NCBI GenBank assembly: GCA_036742135.1
Contig: DAINRC010000001.1
Coordinates: 41,311-96,129 of the forward strand
Direction: 5' to 3'
Origin: Bacillota bacterium
GTDB lineage: Bacteria; Bacillota; DSM-12270; Thermacetogeniales; Thermacetogeniaceae
DNA length: 54,819 nt
The notes beneath the pieces were generated by a model. It worked only from the letters and a program-made list of their open reading frames with translations. It made no database searches and was not told where the DNA came from. Made by a program: the position numbers and the translations under genes. Shown here piece by piece: positions 46,862-54,819 of this stretch; within the stretch, counting starts at the first letter, position 1, and every line of letters starts with the position of its first letter.

Positions 46862-47091
46862 GTTTTGAAGAGGCCCTCACCCGACTGGAAGCAGTTGTTC
46901 AGGAACTGGAGAGGGGAGAGCTTTCTCTGGAAAAGGCTTTGGCAACTTTCCAAGAAGGAGTTAGGCTTCTACGGATTTGTATTGAGAAGTTGAATAATTT
47001 CGAAGAACAGGTTGAAGTTTTGCTAACCGAGTATTATTCCAGTGCACCACCGTGGTTGCATAATGGAGAAGCAGGTGAGCCAACACGATGA
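46828..47091 (+). CDS. xseB: exodeoxyribonuclease VII small subunit
   Basis: GTG 46828 lies 7 nt after aaggagg. SFEEALTRLEAVVQELERGELSLEKAL. Overlaps the xseA 3-prime end by 34 nt. Confidence 0.85.
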   Translation: MEGQETRTEEVSFEEALTRLEAVVQELERGELSLEKALATFQEGVRLLRICIEKLNNFEEQVEVLLTEYYSSAPPWLHNGEAGEPTR

Positions 47092-47975
47092 CTTGGGAAG
47101 AGGCCCTTGGGGCAAAAGCGAAGATGATCAACGAAGGTCTCCACCACTATATGCCTAGTGAGTCTGATTATCCCCCTTTGATCCATGAGGCCATGCACTA
47201 CAGCCTGTTTGCCGGAGGAAAGCGCTTGCGTGGTGCCCTCACCCTTGCTACCGCTGAAGCCCTGGGACTCCAGCAAGAACGCGTTCTTGCTGCTGCCTGT
47301 GCCCTCGAGATGATCCATACTTATTCCTTAATCCACGATGACCTGCCAGCAATGGATGATGATGATTTTCGTCGGGGAAAGCCGACGTGCCACCGGGTTT
47401 ACGGAGAAGCGATTGCTATTCTTGCCGGTGATGCTTTGCTTACCCTCGCCTTTAGTGTTCTCTGCAGACTTCGGGAATCCGGCTTTTCTCCTGGAGTAAT
47501 TCTCCAAGTAATTGAAGAGATAGCCACTGCCGCCGGGACGCGGGGCCTTATTGGAGGGCAAGTCGTTGACCTCGAGTCTGAGGGGTGCCAAGTGTCTCCT
47601 GGGACGATCGAATACATTCACCTCCATAAGACAGCTGCTCTTTTCCGCGCTGCAGTTCGCTCTGGGGCTCTGTTGGCAGGAGCAGAGCAGCAAAAACTGG
47701 AGCTTCTTACCGATTACGCCGTTGCCCTGGGAATGGCATTCCAGATTACTGACGATATCCTTGACTTAATTGGGGACGAGAAAGTCCTCGGTAAGCCGGT
47801 AAAAAGCGATCTTGCCAAAAAGAAAGCTACTTATCCGAGTGTTTTTGGCTTGGAGCGGGCTCGGGAAATAGCAGCTTGTTATGTTGATAAGGCCCTCCAA
47901 GCATTGGAAACATTAGGACCTGAATTCGAATTTTTGCGAGGAGCAGCATGCTACTTGCTGCAGCGGAGATCCTAA
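47088..47975 (+). CDS. ispA: farnesyl diphosphate synthase
   Basis: ATGA overlap with xseB. Aspartate-rich motifs HDDLPAMDDDDFRRGKPT and FQITDDILD. Confidence 0.9.
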   Translation: MTWEEALGAKAKMINEGLHHYMPSESDYPPLIHEAMHYSLFAGGKRLRGALTLATAEALGLQQERVLAAACALEMIHTYSLIHDDLPAMDDDDFRRGKPTCHRVYGEAIAILAGDALLTLAFSVLCRLRESGFSPGVILQVIEEIATAAGTRGLIGGQVVDLESEGCQVSPGTIEYIHLHKTAALFRAAVRSGALLAGAEQQKLELLTDYAVALGMAFQITDDILDLIGDEKVLGKPVKSDLAKKKATYPSVFGLERAREIAACYVDKALQALETLGPEFEFLRGAACYLLQRRS

Positions 47976-47977
47976 TT

Positions 47978-48007
47978 TTGTTCAGATTTCTGAATTTGTG
48001 TTATAAT
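47978..48007 (+). promoter_or_regulatory. extended -10 promoter (TTGTTC, 18-nt spacer, TGtTATAAT) with an embedded 6-2-6 palindrome
   Basis: -10 at 48002-48007 with TG at 47999-48000. The palindrome ttcaga tt tctgaa at 47981-47994 fills the spacer. Confidence 0.45.
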
Positions 48008-48010
48008 AGT

Positions 48011-48060
48011 CTTGAGCATCTTGAGCATCATAATTAAGGTAATTATGAACATCTTGAGCA
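48011..48060 (+). repeat. three copies of cttgagca(t): two in tandem, one 25 nt downstream, flanking an AT hairpin
   Basis: Copies at 48011-48019, 48020-48028 and 48053-48060. Hairpin cataatta/taattatg at 48029-48047. The third copy forms the 5-prime strand of the long-range closing helix. Confidence 0.85.
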
Positions 48061-48690
48061 GGTGGTGCAGTATTCTAGTCGGGACAGCTGGCTTTGAAGG
48101 CGGGCCTAAAAATCCGTCGCGGGCAACAATGAAGTTCCTGGTACTGGCTTCTGACGCCCAGTTGGGGGTTTGTACTGGGAGTTAAGGAGGAAGGGCAATC
48201 TACAAAGGCATGTAGATGGCGACCCTTCTTCCGCGGAGGCCCAGAGAGGTGGGATGAATACCACACTCTGGGTTGACCCTGGAGGAAAAAGAACCGGAAT
48301 CCAGGGTAGCCCGGCCTTGAGTGGTAATGGTGGATACCAGCATGGTCTTCCTCTCCCGAGGGGCCCTAGGGAAGAGGAAGGAATGGTTTGAAACCATTAC
48401 TGCAAAAGAGGCTAGAAGCTGGCTGAGCCCGTCGAGGAAAGCTCCTAGACTGTCTACCTGAGGGTAGCGCCTGTCAGGGATTAAAGTGTGGTCTAAGTGG
48501 TAGTCTAGCCCTGTTTTCGGCGACGAAACAGAGCGGGCTTAAAGGGGAACCACCAAAACGGCGACGTTTTGGCGCCCGTTTGGGAAAACCTGCTAGACCT
48601 AAGCCACAATGTTTACCTGACAGGTGACCACCTGCTCACTCGGGAAAATGGGGGTTGGTAGCGAAGTTTCGCTCCAACCTATTTATTTAA
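48050..48690 (+). ncRNA. ole: OLE (ornate, large, extremophilic) RNA
   Basis: No RBS-linked ORF in about 800 nt. Nested long-range helices 48056-66/48627-37, 48471-79/48616-24 and 48536-45/48598-605. At least six local hairpins, two of them with GCGA tetraloops. Size is about 630 nt. The diagnostic context is ispA-[RNA]-oapA-dxs-tlyA-nadK. Confidence 0.8.
48653..48688 (+). terminator. terminator-like hairpin plus U-tract at the 3-prime end of the structured RNA
   Basis: ggttgg 48653-58 pairs with ccaacc 48674-79, with inner stem agcgaa/ttcgct, followed by tatttattt. Confidence 0.55.
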
Positions 48691-48779
48691 GCAATGCAAT
48701 AAATTTAAGCAATTGCTAAATTTTATCACCTGGCTACGCGAATTTTTTCTGGGAATTCTAAAGGGGTTTTGAAAATCCA

Positions 48780-49367
48780 ATGTCGAAACAAAATCGGGTG
48801 TGGCGGCGAGGCTTGGGAAATGCTTTCCTGACCTTTGTTCTTACTCTTGTCTTTAGTTACCTTGCGGAAGCAATTTTGCGCAGGATCACAATTCTTTTTT
48901 TAGCACTCTTATTGCTGCTTTTGGTCATTTTTATTGGTGTGATCTTTGATATGATCGGATTTGCGGCTGCAGCTGCTGATATCGAGCCTCTGAATGCGCG
49001 GGCCTCTAATAAGGTTTGGGGAGCGAGGCAGGCAGTAAGGTTGATCAAAAACGCTGACCAGGTCGCAGTTTTCTGCAGTGATGTTATGGGAGATATTGCC
49101 AGCACCATCGCCGGCGCCCTGGGGGCCGTGATCATCTTCCGCCTCTTGGCCTCTAAGCCGGGTCTTAGTGAAGGTTTGCTGACGACCTTGATGGCAAGTT
49201 TGATCGCTTCGGTAAGTGTTGGGGGAAAGGCTCTTGGTAAAGGTTTAGCCCTGCGGGAGGCTACAGAAATTATTTTTCGGTTGGGCCAGTTGCTCGCCTG
49301 GGTAGAAAAAATCACTGGTTATCAGTTTTTCTCTGCTGCAAAAGGGGAAAAGGTGAAGAAAAAATGA
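48780..49367 (+). CDS. oapA: OLE-associated membrane protein OapA-like (four TM segments)
   Basis: A 195-aa polytopic protein immediately downstream of the structured RNA. Its stop overlaps the dxs start (ATGA). No other family was recognised. Confidence 0.72.
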   Translation: MSKQNRVWRRGLGNAFLTFVLTLVFSYLAEAILRRITILFLALLLLLLVIFIGVIFDMIGFAAAAADIEPLNARASNKVWGARQAVRLIKNADQVAVFCSDVMGDIASTIAGALGAVIIFRLLASKPGLSEGLLTTLMASLIASVSVGGKALGKGLALREATEIIFRLGQLLAWVEKITGYQFFSAAKGEKVKKK

Positions 49368-51235
49368 TTTTAGAAAAAATCGAGGGGCCATCTGATCTGC
49401 GCAAGCTTTCCTGGAGAGAACTAGGAGTGCTCGCCCAAGAAATTCGGGAATTTTTGTTGGAAACTGTTTCCCGAACTGGGGGTCATTTAGCACCAAATCT
49501 GGGTGTTGTTGAGTTGACAATTGCCCTCCATCTTGTTTTTGATTCACCACGGGATAAAATCATCTGGGATGTTGGTCACCAGTGCTATGTTCACAAGATT
49601 CTTACAGGTAGACGAAAACAGTTTTCCACCCTCAGGCAGTTCGGGGGCTTAAGCGGTTTTCCCAAATACCGGGAAAGCCCTCATGACTGCTTTCAAACCG
49701 GTCACAGCAGCACCTCAATTTCAGCGGCTTTGGGCTTTGCCCTTGCCCGGGATCTGAACAGGGAAAATTATTCAGTTGTGGCTGTGATTGGGGACGGTGC
49801 TCTTACTGCAGGAATGGCCTTTGAGGCTCTAAACCATGCCGGCCACCTGGGGACAAGAATAATTGTTGTCTTAAATGATAATGAAATGTCAATTGCCAAC
49901 AATGTAGGAGCTCTATCCAATTACTTAAGCAGACTGCGCACAGAGCCTTTTTACCACCGGAGTAAAGAAGAACTCGAGGAACTCCTGCGGAGGATTCCCA
50001 ACATTGGGCCACGTGTGGTCAAAGCAGTAGAACGCCTCAAGGATGGAGTAAAATACCTATTTGTTCCAGGTATGTTTTTTGAGGAACTTGGTTTTACTTA
50101 TCTGGGCCCGATAGATGGCCACAACTTAAGAGTTCTCTGTGAAGTGTTCGAGAGAACGAAGGCAATGACCAACCCAGTTCTCGTTCATGTGTGCACCAAA
50201 AAAGGTAAAGGTTACTACTTTGCTGAGAAAAAGCCAGAAAAATTCCACGGCATTGGGCCGTTTGATATCAAGACTGGAGAACCTCTGGAGACGAGTGATC
50301 TCCCAACCTATACCCAGGTTTTTGGACAATATCTTACGGAACTGGCTGCAGAAAACCCGAAGATTGTCGCGATCACTGCGGCAATGCCTGAAGGCACCGG
50401 TTTATCCATTTTTGCCAAAAAGTTTCCTGATCGTTTTTTTGATGTAGGTATCGCAGAACAACATGCAGTTACCTTTGCTGCCGGACTGGCCAGGGCAGGT
50501 TATTTGCCTGTTGTGGCCATATATTCGACTTTTCTCCAGCGCTCTTTTGACCAGATCATTCACGATGTTGCTCTTCAAGATCTTCATGTTATTTTTGCCC
50601 TCGACCGCGCCGGTCTTGTTGGGGAGGATGGGGAGACTCATCATGGAATTTTTGACCTCTCCTATCTTCGGTGTATTCCGGGAATTATTGTTATGGCGCC
50701 TAAAGATGAAAACGAATTGAGAAGAATGCTTAAAAGCGCTTTAACTTACGAAGCCCCTGTGGCTATCCGCTATCCTCGAGGAACCGGCCAAGGGGTGCCG
50801 TTAGATCCTGCTCCTGAGGTCCTTCCTCCAGGTAAAGGGGAACTTTTGCGTGAGGGAAAAGATCTGGTGATTTTGGCTGTAGGGCCCTTGGTTTACACCG
50901 CACTTGATGTTGCCGAAAAACTTGCGGAGAAGGGGAAGGAGGTTGCAGTTGTTAACTGCAGGTTCATCAAGCCCTTAGATGAGGAATTGATTCTTAATGT
51001 AGCCCAACAAACAGGACGTGTTCTCACTCTTGAAGAAAATGTGCTTGCAGGTGGGTTCGGAAGTGCGGTCTTAGAACTTCTAGGAGACCACGGCTACCGC
51101 GGAGAAGTGGCACGAGTGGGGATTCCCAACTGTTTTGTGGAACATGGTAGTCTGCCAATCTTGCGCCAGCAGTGCGGACTTGATGTTCAGGGAATTTTAG
51201 ATTTTCTCCAGAAAAAGGGATGGTTCAATGGCTAA
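49364..51235 (+). CDS. dxs: 1-deoxy-D-xylulose-5-phosphate synthase
   Basis: [26 protein letters not shown] and [15 protein letters not shown]. 623 aa. Confidence 0.95.
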   Translation: MILEKIEGPSDLRKLSWRELGVLAQEIREFLLETVSRTGGHLAPNLGVVELTIALHLVFDSPRDKIIWDVGHQCYVHKILTGRRKQFSTLRQFGGLSGFPKYRESPHDCFQTGHSSTSISAALGFALARDLNRENYSVVAVIGDGALTAGMAFEALNHAGHLGTRIIVVLNDNEMSIANNVGALSNYLSRLRTEPFYHRSKEELEELLRRIPNIGPRVVKAVERLKDGVKYLFVPGMFFEELGFTYLGPIDGHNLRVLCEVFERTKAMTNPVLVHVCTKKGKGYYFAEKKPEKFHGIGPFDIKTGEPLETSDLPTYTQVFGQYLTELAAENPKIVAITAAMPEGTGLSIFAKKFPDRFFDVGIAEQHAVTFAAGLARAGYLPVVAIYSTFLQRSFDQIIHDVALQDLHVIFALDRAGLVGEDGETHHGIFDLSYLRCIPGIIVMAPKDENELRRMLKSALTYEAPVAIRYPRGTGQGVPLDPAPEVLPPGKGELLREGKDLVILAVGPLVYTALDVAEKLAEKGKEVAVVNCRFIKPLDEELILNVAQQTGRVLTLEENVLAGGFGSAVLELLGDHGYRGEVARVGIPNCFVEHGSLPILRQQCGLDVQGILDFLQKKGWFNG

Positions 51236-52055
51236 AAAAAAGCGTATCGATGTCCTGCTTGTGGAGAAAGGATTTTTCCCGACTAGAGAACAAGCACGCC
51301 GCGCCGTTCTAGCAGGACTCGTCTATTACAACCAGAGAAAGATTGACAAGTGTGGGACCATTGTCGATCCTCAAGGGGTTCTCGAGGTCCGAGGCAATCC
51401 CTGTCCCTATGTGAGTAGGGGAGGGCTCAAACTGGAAGCTGCTTTGAAAAGTTTTGCCCTTGATGTTCAGGGAAAAGTTGCCCTTGATGCCGGGGCCTCC
51501 ACAGGTGGCTTTACTGACTGTCTTCTCCAGCACGGAGTAAAAAAGGTCTATGCTGTTGATGTTGGTTATGGTCAACTAGCTTGGAAATTACGCCAGGACC
51601 CCCGGGTTGTCGTCATGGAAAGAACCAACCTCCGCTACCTGAAGCCAGAAGAGCTTAGAGAAAAAGTAGATTTGGTAACTCTGGACCTCTCTTTCATCTC
51701 CTTGGAAAAGGTGTTGCCTGTCGTTAAAAACTTGCTGAAACCTAATGGTGAGGTTGTTGCTTTGATCAAGCCACAGTTCGAAGCAGGGCGCCAGAATGTC
51801 GGCAAGGGCGGAATTGTGAAAGATCCTGTTGTTCACGAGGAAGTAGTCAGCAAGGTCTTAAAGTTTGCCGAGGATCAAGGGTTTGTCATTAGAGGGCTTA
51901 CTTATTCACCTATTCTCGGTGTTGACGGAAATATCGAGTTTTTGGCGTGGTTGTCTCTTAATTGTAACCTCAGTGGAAGTTTCTCACCAGAAGTTATTAA
52001 AGATGTTGTCAGAAAGGCTCACCAAGAATTGTTGGGGGTACGGGAAAAAGGTTAG
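51228..52055 (+). CDS. tlyA: TlyA-family rRNA 2-prime-O-methyltransferase (S4 domain plus FtsJ fold)
   Basis: [49 protein letters not shown]. Confidence 0.88.
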   Translation: MAKKKRIDVLLVEKGFFPTREQARRAVLAGLVYYNQRKIDKCGTIVDPQGVLEVRGNPCPYVSRGGLKLEAALKSFALDVQGKVALDAGASTGGFTDCLLQHGVKKVYAVDVGYGQLAWKLRQDPRVVVMERTNLRYLKPEELREKVDLVTLDLSFISLEKVLPVVKNLLKPNGEVVALIKPQFEAGRQNVGKGGIVKDPVVHEEVVSKVLKFAEDQGFVIRGLTYSPILGVDGNIEFLAWLSLNCNLSGSFSPEVIKDVVRKAHQELLGVREKG

Positions 52056-52073
52056 CTTTATAGGAGGCAGACA

Positions 52074-52907
52074 ATGAAACGTGTTGGTTTTGTCGTCAAC
52101 CTTCGCAAAAAGCAGGGTGAAAGGATCGTTGAAATCCTCACAGACTGGTTTGAAAAGCGGGGTGTTGAAGTAGCAAAACCCCAGTTTACCGGAGGAGGGG
52201 AAATATCTAAGCCCGATTTTTCCGATCAAGTCGACTTGGTGATCACGCTCGGAGGGGACGGAACCCTTCTGGGAACTGCCCGCCAAATGGCGGGAACCGG
52301 TGTTCCTATTCTAGGGGTTAACCTTGGCCGTCTTGGTTTCCTGACTGATCTGGAGATGAATGACTTGTTCCCTTATCTGGAAAAATTTCTTCGTGGGGAT
52401 TACGAAATCGAAGAGCGGATGATGCTTGCTGCTGAAGTGTGGCGGGATAACAAGCATGTGGGTAGTTTTTATGCCTTGAACGATGTGGTTATTGCTAAGG
52501 GACCCCTTTCAAGAATCGTAGAATTGGAAGCCTGCGTTGATGAGGAATATATTGCTACCTATCGCGCAGATGGAATTATTGTTGCCTCACCAACTGGTTC
52601 TACTGCTTATTCCCTTTCTGCTGGGGGTCCAGTTGTTACTCCTGAACTGCATTTGATGATTCTTACCCCTATTTGTCCTCATACCTTCTATGCCCGGCCG
52701 ATCGTTCTCTCTGACAGTCGGACCATCAGGCTTACCCTTAAGTCGAATTCTCTTGAGGTAATGCTGACTGTAGATGGTCAGGTAGGATTTCCACTCCAAA
52801 AGAATGACGAGGTCATTGTCAGTAAAGCAGACATCACGACGAAGCTGGTCAAACTGAGGAGAAGGACATTTTTTGAGGTTCTCAGAATTAAGATGCGAGG
52901 AGAGTGA
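52074..52907 (+). CDS. nadK: NAD kinase
   Basis: RBS aggagg. LGGDGTLL, NLGRLGFLT, GIIVASPTGSTAYSLSAGGP. Confidence 0.92.
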   Translation: MKRVGFVVNLRKKQGERIVEILTDWFEKRGVEVAKPQFTGGGEISKPDFSDQVDLVITLGGDGTLLGTARQMAGTGVPILGVNLGRLGFLTDLEMNDLFPYLEKFLRGDYEIEERMMLAAEVWRDNKHVGSFYALNDVVIAKGPLSRIVELEACVDEEYIATYRADGIIVASPTGSTAYSLSAGGPVVTPELHLMILTPICPHTFYARPIVLSDSRTIRLTLKSNSLEVMLTVDGQVGFPLQKNDEVIVSKADITTKLVKLRRRTFFEVLRIKMRGE

Positions 52908-52913
52908 ACCCTG

Positions 52914-53498
52914 GTGTCCGGAGTTCTAGCGACTCCAGTGATCCTTTCGCACCTGCTCGTAGCCCAGGTTCTCCAGGAAGGAGATCTCGCTGTTGATGGG
53001 ACCGCTGGAAATGGACATGATACTTTGTTTCTAGCTAGCAAAGTAGGACCTCACGGAAAAGTCTATGCCTTCGACATCCAAGAGGCAGCGATTCTCAAGA
53101 CACGAGAGCGTCTTCGTCAAGAAGGGCTGGAAGATCGGGTGGTTTTGCTTCAAAAGGGCCATGAGAGACTTAGGGAGTATGTTTCGGAGAAGATTAAGGT
53201 AGCTATGTTTAACCTTGGTTATCTGCCAGGAGGTGACCACAAGATCACCACTAAGCCATCAACAACCCTCGCTGCTCTTAAGCAAGTCCTGGAGATCCTT
53301 GAGGAGGGTGGCTTGGTGTCTGTTGTGGTCTACAGGGGGCATGAAGGAGGAACTGAAGAAGGAAAGGAACTTTGTTCTTTTGTGGAAACCCTTGACCCCA
53401 AAAAATGGGATGTGGTCAAGATTGAGTATCCAAACCGTTCTGCAAAGTCTCCGTTTCTCATCGGCATTCAAAAGAAAGTTGCAGGGGGTTTTCAATGA
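52914..53498 (+). CDS. class I SAM-dependent methyltransferase, YtqB/MnmM-like
   Basis: VDGTAGNGHDTLFLASKVGPHGKVYAFDIQ and MFNLGYLPGGDH resemble the YtqB family. Confidence 0.7.
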   Translation: MSGVLATPVILSHLLVAQVLQEGDLAVDGTAGNGHDTLFLASKVGPHGKVYAFDIQEAAILKTRERLRQEGLEDRVVLLQKGHERLREYVSEKIKVAMFNLGYLPGGDHKITTKPSTTLAALKQVLEILEEGGLVSVVVYRGHEGGTEEGKELCSFVETLDPKKWDVVKIEYPNRSAKSPFLIGIQKKVAGGFQ

Positions 53499-53950
53499 AA
53501 CTCCGACGCCAGCAGCTGATTTTAGAGATTATTGAGGAGAAACCGATTGCTACCCAGGAAGAGCTGGCCAAGGAGCTACGGGCACGAGGAATTAAGGCTA
53601 CCCAAGCGACGATCTCTCGCGATATTAAAGAACTGCAGTTGGTGAAGATCCCTGCAGGGAAAGATTCCTACCGCTATGCAAGGCCGGGGCAACAGATTGA
53701 CTTGCATCGTGCCCAGGACCGCTTACGGCGGATTTTTCAGGATTCTGTCACTGGAATTGATTACTGCGAAAATCTAGTGATTGTGAAAACTTTGCCAGGC
53801 GGTGCCCAGAGTGTGGCATCTGCCATTGACCAGGTGAACTGGAAGGAAGTCATTGGCACAGTTGCTGGAGATGACACCATTCTGATTGTGGTCAAACCAA
53901 AGGAAAAAGTAACAGTTGTTGTGGAGAGGCTGAAATCTCTTCTTGAGTGA
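53495..53950 (+). CDS. argR: arginine repressor
   Basis: RQQLILEIIEEKPIATQEELAKELRARGIKATQATISRDIKEL and GTVAGDDTILIV. Confidence 0.92.
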   Translation: MKLRRQQLILEIIEEKPIATQEELAKELRARGIKATQATISRDIKELQLVKIPAGKDSYRYARPGQQIDLHRAQDRLRRIFQDSVTGIDYCENLVIVKTLPGGAQSVASAIDQVNWKEVIGTVAGDDTILIVVKPKEKVTVVVERLKSLLE

Positions 53951-53961
53951 GGGAGAGGGCG

Positions 53962-54819
53962 GTGCTTGTTCAGCTTGAGGTGGAAAACTTGGCTCTCATC
54001 GAGAAGATAAGTTTGGATTTCGGGCCAGGTTTAAATGTGCTCACCGGAGAAACCGGTGCCGGAAAATCAATTCTTGTCGATGCCATGAGCCTCCTTGTGG
54101 GAGAGAGAGCATCTGGTGACCAGGTTAGAACAGGGGCAGATAAAGCTTTCGTGCGAGGCTTGTTTGACTGCCACGAGGCCCCTCGGGTGTTAGAGAAGCT
54201 CGAAGAACTTGGCTTAAGCAGGAGTGAGGATTCATTACTACTGCTAACACGTGAGATAGCTTGTGCTGGCAGAAGTGTGTGCCGCGTCAACGGCAAAGTG
54301 GTTCCTCTTTCCCTGTATCGGATTCTTGGGGATCTTCTTGTGGACCTGCACGGCCAGCACGAGCATCAGTCTCTTTTAAAAATCAGTCGCCACCAGGAGC
54401 TTTTGGATGCTTTTGGGGGAGCAAAACTCCAGCAACAGCAGGAGTTAGTAAAAAATCTCTACCAACGCCTGACTTCCTTAAAACACTCACTAGAAAAAGT
54501 CCGGGTTAACCAAAAAGAATACCAGAAGAAAATCGAAGATCTCTGTAGCGTGCTGGAAGAAATCGACCGCGTCAACCCTGTTCCTGGTGAAGAAGAAGAT
54601 TTGGAGCAGGAAAGAGAGCGGTTGCGCTACAGGGAGAAACTGCTGGAACTAGCGGAGGGGGCCATTTTCGAGCTTTCTGAAGGTGCGGACAATTTCTTGC
54701 CAGCTTCTGATTTGATAGGGCGGGCAGTTCTCAAACTCCGGGAAATGGCCCATTATGATCCCAAAACTGAAGAAATGTCACAGAGGCTTGAGGACCTACA
54801 CATCGGACTTGATGACCTT
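53962..54819 (+). CDS. recN: DNA repair protein RecN, 3-prime end beyond the window
   Basis: GTG 53962 follows gagggagaggg. LVQLEVENLALIEKISLDFGPGLNVLTGETGAGKSIL. The frame stays open to the window end, which is why it is absent from the ORF track. Confidence 0.92.
   Translation, partial: MLVQLEVENLALIEKISLDFGPGLNVLTGETGAGKSILVDAMSLLVGERASGDQVRTGADKAFVRGLFDCHEAPRVLEKLEELGLSRSEDSLLLLTREIACAGRSVCRVNGKVVPLSLYRILGDLLVDLHGQHEHQSLLKISRHQELLDAFGGAKLQQQQELVKNLYQRLTSLKHSLEKVRVNQKEYQKKIEDLCSVLEEIDRVNPVPGEEEDLEQERERLRYREKLLELAEGAIFELSEGADNFLPASDLIGRAVLKLREMAHYDPKTEEMSQRLEDLHIGLDDL

Noticed and set aside
48075-48397. Three ORFs of 62-73 aa (48075-48266 minus, 48170-48391 plus, 48200-48397 minus) inside the ispA-oapA gap
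   Set aside because: They overlap each other and have no Shine-Dalgarno. Their products are Gly/Arg/Pro-rich, as expected from random translation of a GC-rich structured RNA. The region is better explained as OLE RNA.
1-54819. CRISPR arrays, tRNA or rRNA genes, intact IS elements
   Set aside because: Scanning the intergenic regions found no regularly spaced repeats longer than the 9-12-bp tandems listed, no cloverleaf-like segments and no intact transposase.

Overview
The window looks like a chromosomal segment of an anaerobic, endospore-forming Firmicute (Clostridia-like). All calls rest on motif reading, RBS and start inspection and gene order; no alignments or searches were run.

Left third (1-21.2 kb): aroB, then a complete monoderm-type type IV pilus cluster. 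It contains pilB, pilT, pilC, a major pilin, a convergent Wzy_C/O-antigen-ligase-like gene, three minor pilin or PilX-like genes, pilMNO, pilD and one further pseudopilin. Nucleotide second-messenger genes are interleaved: a CBS-GGDEF, two GAF-HD-GYP paralogs and a CHASE2 class III cyclase. An SLH/FecR-like wall protein also sits in the cluster.

Middle and right: tldD-pmbA, then a block that follows the Bacillus subtilis order almost gene for gene. The order is aroQ, pepP-like, efp, spoIIIAA-AH, accB/accC, asp23 cluster, nusB, folD, xseA, xseB, ispA, dxs, tlyA, nadK, argR, recN.

Departures from that conserved order are the interesting parts:
- About 630 nt of highly structured non-coding RNA lies between ispA and a small membrane protein gene. 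I identify it as OLE RNA with its partner OapA. A predicted extended -10 promoter, a palindrome and 9-nt repeats sit in front of it.
- The accB slot holds a pyruvate-carboxylase-type carboxyltransferase fused in frame to a complete AccB, which keeps its own internal Shine-Dalgarno and ATG.
- A G+C-richer 2.9 kb stretch of gene wreckage lies between nusB and nfnAB. It holds an amber-interrupted VanW gene, nuclease and PRiA4 fragments, a frameshifted excisionase and a truncated integrase.
- Two tandem, reciprocally divergent folD paralogs are separated by a terminator.

No CRISPR array, rRNA or tRNA was seen.
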